From positions 13,392,001 through 13,456,000 of the forward strand of contig OX597834.1 in the NCBI GenBank assembly GCA_951406725.2: a DNA stretch of 64,000 nucleotides. The letters are read 5' to 3'. Below, in pieces: positions 55,132 to 64,000 of this stretch. The stretch comes from Octopus vulgaris (lineage: Eukaryota). Below the pieces are notes generated by a model. The model was given only the letters and a program-made list of their open reading frames with translations. It ran no database searches and was not told where the DNA came from. Position 1 is the stretch's first letter. Each line of letters starts with the position of its first letter. The translations under genes were made by a program, and so were the position numbers.

Positions 55132-56409
55132 GCCCCCACCTCATTAGTGATTATTTTAAATAGACCGATATTTTAAATAACAGATAAAATTATATAATGG
55201 TTATGGTTTTTTCTTCACTGAAACATCCCAAAACAAAAAGAACGCAGGTAAATGTGTAAAAGAACACAAAATATTGTTATCTGATATACATACAAACACA
55301 CACACACACATACACACTCACAGATACGTACACATAAATACAAACACACAGGCACATACATACATGCACGTATATATATATATGAGACGTACTATTTTAG
55401 ATCACTTTTCCCGTCTCAGTGGTAAAAAATGTTCTCATCCTCGTAGTTATATAAAAATCGATATTAGCTTCGTTTTGGTTTTCTTATGTCACGTTATTTG
55501 TATTATATATGCTTCTCGGGAAGTATTAGAAGTTTGTATTAACACTGACGAACTGAACTAAATGGCTCAGAACATTCCGTTCTTCATTAATTGGTTTAAA
55601 AGGCAGTTGATGCGAAAATCCTGCTGATTTGAAATTTAAACGAACTGTTTAGACTGAAAACTATTCAGCTGAGAATACATCTAACCAAGACAAATTTTTC
55701 CTCTGGTGAAAAAGTGAAAAAAGAATCATGTCTGATAACTTTCATTATACGAAGTTTTTGAAGCTCAAGAAAATGTATTAATGTTGTAAGACGCTTTGTA
55801 ATGTCGTCTCTAGTTATATTAGCTGGCGTTGTATGTTCATCGGCCGGTGTTTGTGGCTTTCATCTCCCTAACACTGGCAAAATGGATGTAACATAATTAA
55901 CTACGTCTACCTTTGAAACGAAATATTTCACTCAGTGTAAGGGAGCGGTATTTCGTTTATTAAATTCCATTTTGGGCGTTAGAAATCATATTAATATTAT
56001 GGCTTTCTGTTTGCCAGGGATGACCACATACCTTCAGGCCTCGGTAAATTTATTGTAAGAAAAATGGAAATTGTTTATGAATGCGAGAATTTGCTTAGCA
56101 CGCAGTTGATATTATTGTTGTTTAAGGGCAACTGATTGGGACAAAATATAGCTTGGCACAATTTTCGTTGCACATTTACAATGAGATTCGAAAAGACGGA
56201 AAAATTATCGCCAAGTCACTCCTTTAGAAATGTTCTGTGAATTTAGTATGCTGGATTTGTACTTTACTTCCAGGGCCATTATGGCGAATCATATTTGGAA
56301 ATCTTTGAGATTTATAACATTAAATACAGTAAATTCGGAGGAAGCAAGGCTTTGCATTCTCACCAAGTCAGTCCTGATAACTCACTGATTTTAGATCATA
56401 CCATATTTA

Positions 56410-56823
56410 GGATCTTTTCGGTTTGAACGGCAGTTTTTAACGTAATTTCTAGGCACCTAAAAAAATTTTAAACGTCGTATACTGGTAGAATGTGTTTATA
56501 AAATATCTTCTTCTCTTGGCTTTATTGAGAAAATTCTATAGTTCGTAAGATATTTGTTGTTTTTCTTCAATTTCTGCAATTTCAACCAATCAGTGACGTC
56601 TATTGTGTTAAAAAGTATTCTGTGCCGTATGAATATGTCCCTCGTTTAAGAAACAGAATACGTTTATTTACATTCGTGAAGAAAAAATATACCCTTCCCC
56701 CACCCCTAACCCTAACCCTAAAAGAGATTGAAATGCAATAGATCGATTCTAGGGTCATAATTATGGGTGACAATTTCATATGACTCCGCTAGGAAAAAAC
56801 TGCCGTTCAAACCGGAACGATCC
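56410..56823. mobile_element. MITE with 28-bp TIRs and 8-bp TSD (Merlin- or hAT-like)
   Basis: TIRs GGATCTTTTCGGTTTGAACGGCAGTTTT / AAAACTGCCGTTCAAACCGGAACGATCC; TSD CATATTTA at 56402-56409 and 56824-56831. Confidence 0.92.
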
Positions 56824-57233
56824 CATATTTATTCTATATATTCAATGTTTATGTGTAATGTTCACGGCCCATGTAAGTGGCATCTACTGCGTTCTCTAAA
56901 CTATATAAAATATCAGGTAAATATCCATAAAATCAGCGTATATAATTTAAATGAAAGAATGAAAGCGCCGTTGGATGATGTGTCCCTAACTGTAGTATCT
57001 ATGGGGAAAGGGAGGATTTGGTTTCTCATAAAATCGGAACATTTATGCTTCTTTTTTCTTGTTTCTTTCCCACTCCTTATTCTTCTACTTCCTGCCTCTA
57101 TGTCGTCATCTCATTAATATATAACTTTCTCATTTTCCCTATCTCTTACCTATTCTTCTCTTATGGCGGAATATCCTATACTCGGGGGTATCACATAAAC
57201 AGCTGTAAGATTTTGAATTTCTTCCTATATTGG

Positions 57234-57309
<76 letters not shown>

Positions 57310-57353
57310 TAAATTTTAATTTTATTAAAACGAAACTTATCAAAAAAATTTAA

Positions 57354-57399
<46 letters not shown>

Positions 57400-57403
<4 letters not shown>

Positions 57404-57590
57404 TAAATTAGCGATAAAACCACTATTATGCAACTGAAACAGTAATAGGCATAAACCAAAACATAAAAAACAAATATGATAGTGGTTTTATCTCTAATTC
57501 AAATCATATTTATACTGTGAACTTTGAATTAATCCTAAATTTAATTTTTCCCTGTAAGTTTGGATTTACTCCCTAATATTATGATATATA
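57400..57590. mobile_element. Small asymmetric fold-back element in (TA)n
   Basis: Inverted repeat AATTAGCGATAAAACCACTATTAT / ATGATAGTGGTTTTATCTCTAATT; end ACTCCCTAATATTATGATA also seen at ~54664. Confidence 0.55.
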
Positions 57591-57697
57591 TATACCGAAG
57601 TAAGCACATAAATGTGAAACAATGTGGAAAAAAGAGTACTCAAATACCAGAGGTAGAGTAATATGCTTTATTGAAAAGCAGCAGAAATATAACAAAA

Positions 57698-57739
57698 AAC
57701 TGTTACTCGGAGTTTCATGTTCCTGTTCGTCGGACAGTT
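57698..57739 (-). ncRNA. Minimal type I hammerhead ribozyme-like motif (left arm)
   Basis: aactgt-CCGACGA-acaggaacat-GAAA-ctccgag-TA-acagtt; 6-bp helix I, helix III ACTC/GAGT, GUA triplet. Confidence 0.72.
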
Positions 57740-57756
57740 TTGTTCTATTTTAACAA

Positions 57757-57798
57757 AACTGTCCGACGAACGGGAATGTAAAACTCCGAGTAACAGTT
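57757..57798 (+). ncRNA. Minimal type I hammerhead ribozyme-like motif (right arm, GAAA mutated to AAAA)
   Basis: aactgt-CCGACGA-acgggaatgt-AAAA-ctccgag-TA-acagtt. Confidence 0.62.
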
Positions 57799-57996
57799 TT
57801 GTTATATTTCTGCTGCTTTTAAATAAAGTATGTATATATATATATTTCACTCGCTTCTAAGTAATAATATTTTGCACATGCAACGATAAAAATTTGATGT
57901 CATTGTTTCGCTGTAAATATTAATCGATTACATTACCATTATGAAGATATAAAGTATGGTTGTCAGCAGAATCAAAAGGAAATAGACAAAATAACT

Positions 57997-58204
57997 TTAT
58001 TTACATTATGTAGATATGACGGATATTTGTCCTCATTCTGTTTATTGTTAACACAGCGTTTCGGCTGATATTCCCTCCAGCCTTCATCAGGTGTCTTGGG
58101 GAAATTTCGAACCGGGTTTCTCTTTCCTTAGTTATTCTTAGATGTTGTTGTGGTTGTTGATGTTGTTGTTCTTCTTCTTCTTCTTCTTATTATTATTATA
58201 CTTA

Positions 58205-58251
<47 letters not shown>

Positions 58252-58441
58252 CATTATTATTATCATTATTCATGTCACTGCCTGGAACCGAACTCGGTAA
58301 CTTGGGGTTAGTAGCTCGCGTAGTGGTTAAGAGCGCGGGATACAAACCCCAAGATTCCGAGTTCGATTCCAGGCAGTGAACTGAATATTATTATTATATT
58401 TCGATGTTGTTGTTATTATTATTATTACTATTATTATTATT

Positions 58442-58505
<64 letters not shown>

Positions 58506-58575
58506 TTAACAATGATAACAACAACATCGAAAAATACCTGAGGAAATGAGAATACAGGTTCGAAATTTTTCATCA
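57997..58575. mobile_element. Head-to-head inverted pair of a tRNA-headed element with internal (AAT)n and a 3' hammerhead motif
   Basis: A/B-box head TAGTGGTTAAGAGCGCGGG..GAGTTCGATTCCAGGCAGTG (58321-58380) with its inverted copy at 58274-58320; both arms continue through (AAT)n to CATCGAAAAATACCT..GGTTCGAAATTT. Confidence 0.85.
58050..58095 (-). ncRNA. Hammerhead ribozyme-like motif in the tRNA-headed element
   Basis: gacac-CTGATGA-a-ggctg gagggaatat cagcc-GAAA-cg-CT-gtgtt; helices I and II pair, but the cleavage triplet is GCT rather than NUH in this copy. Confidence 0.62.
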
Positions 58576-58830
58576 CTTAAATATAGAACTGTATTACAAA
58601 ATATCTTACGTATAATTACGGCTCTTTACGTTGCGCGATTCGTGTTTATCACCAAGGACCCTTATAATAAGTACTAGATTGTGTACTGTGATTAAAAAAA
58701 CTTACTGTACGAAACCAAGAGCATTTTTGCATGTACCGAGTTACGATAACCTGCTTTAATTCATTTGAAATGCTGTAGTATTTGCCATTTACCACCTGTG
58801 GCAGTTAAGTAGAATCATCGAATATATATA

Positions 58831-59216
58831 TGGAAGCACTCCGTCGGTTACGATGACGAGGGTTCCGGTTGATCCGAATCAACGGGACAGCCTGCTCGTG
58901 AAATTAACGTGTAAGTGGCTGAGCACTCCACAGACACGTGTACCCTTAACGTAGTTCTCGGGGATATTCAGCGTGACACAGAGAGTGACAAGGCCGGCCC
59001 TTTGAAATACAGGTACAACAGAAACAGGAAGTAAGAGTGAGAGAAAGTTGTGGTGAAAGAGTACAGCAGGGATCACCACCATCCCCTGCCGGAGCCTCGT
59101 GGAACCTTTAAGTGTTTTCGCTCAATAAACACTCACAACGACCGGTCTGGGAATTGAAACCGCGATTCTATGACCGCGAGTCCGCTGCCCTAACCACTGG
59201 GCCATTGCGCCTCCAC
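58831..59216 (-). mobile_element. SINE family C with 15-bp TSD
   Basis: TSD AATCATCGAATATAT at 58813-58827 and 59217-59231. Confidence 0.95.
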
Positions 59217-59242
59217 AATCATCGAATATATTGATAAGACAA

Positions 59243-59630
59243 AAGGTGGCGAGCTGGCAGAAATGTTAGCACGCCGGGCGAAATGCTTAGCGGTATTTCT
59301 TCTGTCGTTACGTTCAGAGTTCAAATTCCGCCGAGGTCGACTTTACCTTTCATCCTTTCGGGGTCAAAAAATAAAATAGCAGTTTCGCACTGAGGTCGAT
59401 GTAATCGACTTAATCCCTTTGTCTGTCCTTGTTTGTCCTTTCTGTGTTTAGCCCCTTGTGGGTAGTAACGAAATAGGTATTACGTCTGTCGTTACGTTCT
59501 GAGTTCAAATTCCGCCGAGGTCGACTTTGCCTTTCATCCTTTCGGGGTTGATAAATAAATCGACTTAATCCCTTTGACTGTCCTTGTTTGTCCCTTCTAT
59601 GTTTAGCGCCTTGTGGGCAGTAAAGAAATA
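59243..59630 (+). mobile_element. SINE family B, full unit plus tandem partial unit
   Basis: Junction GAAATAGGTATTACGTCTGTCG at ~59470-59491. Confidence 0.92.
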
Positions 59631-60650
59631 TATATATTAATAAAATAATATATAAAAAATATATCTCTATTTTGTATCACTGTGTCTATGAAAGAAATCA
59701 ATAACTTTTGCCATTCCTTTGTATTTATGCATTCGTGGTATTGTAAACTGTTATGAAAATTCCGTTTTACATTGCTATTACATCTGTAGTGTAGTCAGGT
59801 TTTTTGTAAGCTAATCGTGTGTCGTCCGCATTGAACGAAGTCATTTGTTGGACATTATATGTTACGTTCCTTCTATCAACCACATCCTTGAATTGGAATA
59901 TTTCAAAAATTCCTAGCTTTACAATGATAGATGTCTTTAATATAATGCGCTATTGAATGGAAGATTGGTGTTTTGACAGCTAAAGATCTCCTCTTATTTT
60001 ACAGTTTTAAGTTTATGGCAAAAGTGCTAGCTTTTCTTCCTACTGCATATGTATCATCAATATGTAACTTAATATTGAATCCAGCTGTCATGTGCAGAAG
60101 CTATTCTGTAAATATTTTTGAAAAGAATGTTCGTCTTCACAATTCAATATTGATAATAGAAAGCTTATTTCAAAGACATTCTACAGAGAAAGACCGACAC
60201 ACCGACGTATCTATACGGAATAAAACAAATAATGAGCAAATGCTAATGTGAATGAAAAGTAATACATCTAGCTGCTGAAGAAGAAGCAACAAGAAATTTG
60301 ACACAATTGGACGACGTCAGACTTGACAACGGAGAAATAGAAAATAGAGAGAGAAGTTAAATAACAAAGCAATACTGCTCTTCGAATATTAACAAACGAA
60401 AGTACTGCAGGCCATTCTTGCAGTAAAATGTTGTTTATGCAGTTGCAGATTTATTGAAACTCAAAGCATATGTGGAGATTCGCAGAACGTTACTTCAAGC
60501 AAAAATGTGTCATTACTTAATTTAAATTGCATTTTTCCTTCTGCGGTATCGTTAACTCATATAAAATATCAAATGAAATTATTTCAAATTATATGAAATT
60601 GTAAAATGATATATCCTTTGACAATATATATATCTTATATGATATATTTC

Positions 60651-60815
60651 GGCGTGGGAGTAGCTGTGTGGTAAGTAGCTTGCTTACGAACCACATGGTT
60701 CCGGGTTCAGTCCCACTGCGTGGCACTTTGAGCAACTGTCTTCTGCTATAGCCTCGAGCCGACCAAACCACTGTGAGTGGATTTGGTAGACGGAAACTGA
60801 AAGAAGCCCGTCGTA

Positions 60816-60882
<67 letters not shown>

Positions 60883-61073
60883 TTTATTTAAAGCAGCAGA
60901 AAATTCAACAAAACCTGTTACTCTGAATTTCCCGTTGCCGTTACGGCAACGGGAAACTCAGAGTAACATGTTTTGTTGAATTTTCTGCTGATTTAAATAA
61001 AGTATATTACGCTACCACTGGTATTTGAGTACTCTTTTTTCCACCTTGTTTCACATTTGTGTTTACTCCGGTA

Positions 61074-61140
<67 letters not shown>

Positions 61141-61361
61141 ATGTGTATATGTTTGTGTCTGTGTTTGTCACCCCGACATCGCTTGACAACCAATGCTGGT
61201 GTGTTTACGTCCCCGTCATTTAGCGGTTCGGCAAAAGACACCGATAGAATAAGTACTAAGCTTACAAAGTATAAGTCCTGGGGTCGGTTTGCTCGACTAA
61301 AAAGGTGGCGCTCCAGCATGGCCGCAGTCAAATGACTGAAACAAGTAAAAGTGTAAAAGAA
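60651..61361 (+). mobile_element. SINE family A split by a nested fold-back element
   Basis: 5' half 60651-60815 and 3' half ~61150-61361. Confidence 0.92.
60881..61071. mobile_element. Fold-back element (family of 57595-57831, opposite orientation) with half hammerhead motifs
   Basis: Hairpin centred at 60942; acggcaacgg-GAAA-ctcagag-TA-acatgtt at 60943-60972; leader is the reverse complement of 57595-57662. Confidence 0.88.
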
Positions 61362-61511
61362 TAAATGCTTATGTGCATCACAATCACACACGCACATTCT
61401 CAGAAGCACACACACATACCTATGTAATTGAACTGAGTAAAATATCTCGAGGTGTAAACAATGCAATATATAGAGGGACAACGTAGTATTATTTTGAGAT
61501 GTATATAGTCA

Positions 61512-61897
61512 GTGGAGGTGCAATGGCCCAGTGGTTAGGGCAGCGGACTCGCGGTCATAGGATCGCGGTTTCCATTCCCAGACCGGACGTTGTGAGTGTT
61601 TAATGAGCGAAAACACCTAAAGCTCCACGAGTCTCCCCCAGGGGATGGTGGTGATCCCTGCTGTACTCTTTCACCACAACTTTCTCTCACTCTTACTTCC
61701 TGTTTCTGTTGTACCTGTATTTCAAAGGGCCGGCTTTGTCACTCTCTGTGTCACGCTGAATATCCCTGAGAACTACGTTAAGGGTACGCATGTCTGTGGA
61801 GTGCTCAGCCACTTACACGTTAATTTCACGAGCAGGCTGTTCCGTTGATCGGATCAACCGGAACCCTCGTCGTCGTAACCGACGGAGTGCTTCCATC
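61512..61897 (+). mobile_element. SINE family C with ~10-bp TSD
   Basis: TSD ATATAGTCAG at 61503-61512 and 61899-61908. Confidence 0.95.
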
Positions 61898-62589
61898 CAT
61901 ATAGTCAGAGTGCCTGTATATTGAGAATTTTACGGTCTGTGATCAATAGAAATATACGCCTGTTTGGAATTTAACCTAATCTATTGGAAATCAGATTTGA
62001 AGAAGATAAATCTGAAATGTAATATTATTTTATCTCCTTCGCTCCTCTGCCTGTCAAGAAATGTGGCATTAACTCTGCTTCTTCTAAATCTAAACCGAAA
62101 TTAATCCCCGCACTCGTTAGTAACTTACTCACTTCCTACTTCTTCATCTGAAGGATAATTCTGCCGCAGAGATCTCCGTGTCCTTAAAAGGAGAATCATC
62201 ATGTAGTTGTCAAAGTTTTGCGTATAGCATTTTTTTTACAGGTGTACCACCCAAAACACGGAAACCTATTTTTGGTGCCACTTTTGTTGAAAACTATGTG
62301 TAACCTATAAACCATCAGTTCTCGTCTTTCATATGGTAATTCACCATTGATTAAATCTGAATTGCTGTTTTACGATTTCCAATAATTTAATTCCCTTTGT
62401 TCAGATCTCCTTTTGGGTGATTTCTGCACGAATATCCATCACATTAGAGAGATAACCCAAGATTTAAGATATCATTTTCCCTTGTGACAGAAAATTACGT
62501 TCAGATTTGTTTAGCCTAAACAGTCAAGATTTGTACTACTATTGAAATAATTGTATATCTATATTATGTGCCTTTCTTCCTTTACTACA

Positions 62590-62750
62590 CTAGGAGAGGC
62601 TGCTGAAAATATCTTGGCTCTAAGGTAATCACGAAAGGCCTGGTTCGCGAAGATTAAAAGACCACTGCAATACTTGTGTGAATCTGTGAGGTGAATATCT
62701 TGAATAAAATCACAATAAACTAATCCTTGTGAACTTTTCAGCACCCCGTA
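62590..62750 (+). mobile_element. mariner-derived MITE, decayed second copy
   Basis: GCTGAAAATATCTTGGCTCTAAGGTA..GACCACTGCAATACTTGTGTGAATCTG..GAACTTTTCAGCACCCCGTA matches 49144-49355. Confidence 0.8.
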
Positions 62751-63710
62751 TAAGTTATTGGCAAACTGCTTCTATTTCATAGTCTTGCATGAATAACTTG
62801 GATCTGTGTTTGTTCTCAGTATCAACACGTAATAACTCTTTATTCTCTTGTACTGTCGTGTTCTTTTTGCAAACTGGTTGCAGTTCAGATTATTAGGATC
62901 ATATATCTCTACCGTTAGATTCTGCTGATATTTGTGTATACTCTAGCTGTATGTTTAGCTATTGTTTACCACCTGGTTCTCACTATTTATACGCTTCTCT
63001 CTTTCTTATAGTTTTCATTGATGTGTATGTCTCTATTATCTTAGCTAATTTCCTTAGAAAAAGGCATAAAGTTTCACCATGTAATTCCTTCGCCGCTGAT
63101 GCTAATATTGTCAGGTTGAGTACACATTTCAAAATTTCGAATTAATTTCTCATGAGCATTTGACTCATATTTTATCGTTCAGATTAAATTCGTTTATAAA
63201 TTTTTACTTTATTTGTGATAACAATATTGGGACAGTACAAAAAATTATCGTATGACTAATGGGACCCGTGGAAAGAATACAGACGACCTGTTTAAGTAAG
63301 AAAGGATGATTTCCATCTTTATAGCATTCATCGTTTAGTTTTCTTGAAATATTCTTGACGCTCGTCTACGTTCATTTCCTCACGTCTTCCTCGGTTTTGA
63401 CTTTTTCGTATTCTTATATTTTCTCGCTGTTCCTCTTTGATCCATACTCTATGTCTCTACATCCTCTCTCGGATAGCTTGCAGTCATGTTTCTTGCGAAT
63501 TCAGAGTTTAGTATAAGTTAACCCTCATAAACAACTATCAATTTTTTAGGCGAGTAGATGAGAAATAATCGCACATATGCGTATAGCGATGGTTGCTCGA
63601 AAAAACAATTATTTCAATACAAAAAAGATACTTTTCAATTTGAACACACCACAACCACAACGACTATCACCGTCGCTATGTGCCTCTCTCTCTCAATATA
63701 GAGGAGGCAG

Positions 63711-63752
<42 letters not shown>

Positions 63753-64000
63753 CTGTCTCTCCTGTCCATTTCTCTGTATCTACGTTTCCCTTCAGCTAAC
63801 ATTTTAACTCTGTAATACGTATTCATCCCCCACCCCACTGAAGTTGTTAACACTTCTCTCTTCCTCTTTTTTCGCCTTTACCTTCAGCTGACCACGTGGC
63901 CATTTAACCTAAGCGTATTAATATCAACCAAATTTCTCTACATCTTCCTCAGTTCTTTCTTCACTCTCATCCTCTCTCTCTCTCTCTCTTACTGATTGTT

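Larger units (their letters stand above)
57595..57831. mobile_element. Asymmetric fold-back element with two inverted hammerhead motifs
   Basis: Unpaired leader 57595-57662 then an ~80-bp inverted repeat; same family as 60881-61071. Confidence 0.88.

Noticed and set aside
58321-58380. Possible tRNA gene (also the heads at 1865, 32648, 51819, 61512)
   Set aside because: A/B boxes are present but there is no complete cloverleaf with acceptor stem, and each continues into a repeat body; these are SINE heads

Overview
AT-rich, microsatellite-saturated eukaryotic non-coding DNA. The repeat families and (TA)n/(CA)n density strongly suggest an octopod cephalopod genome (inference). I found no convincing host protein-coding exon; almost all ORFs in the supplied track are microsatellite artefacts (YI/HT/CV/II runs). 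The window is a transposon graveyard. It holds about 25 copies of modular tRNA-derived SINEs (several with clear target-site duplications), decayed LINEs (RTE, CR1/L2, an R4/Dong-type 3' end inside TAA repeats), a decayed Penelope-like element (RT + GIY-YIG), Tc1/mariner remnants and MITEs, non-autonomous Helitrons and an 8-bp-TSD MITE. The most notable signal is a set of mutually unrelated short non-coding elements, mostly fold-back and sitting in (TA)n tracts. They carry minimal type I hammerhead-ribozyme (HHR) motifs (C[T/C]GANGA-stem II-GAAA-palindromic stem III-NUH), and one has a tRNA-like Pol III head. These look like non-autonomous Penelope-dependent, retrozyme-like elements. All alignments and translations were done by eye, and coordinates of degenerate elements are approximate.
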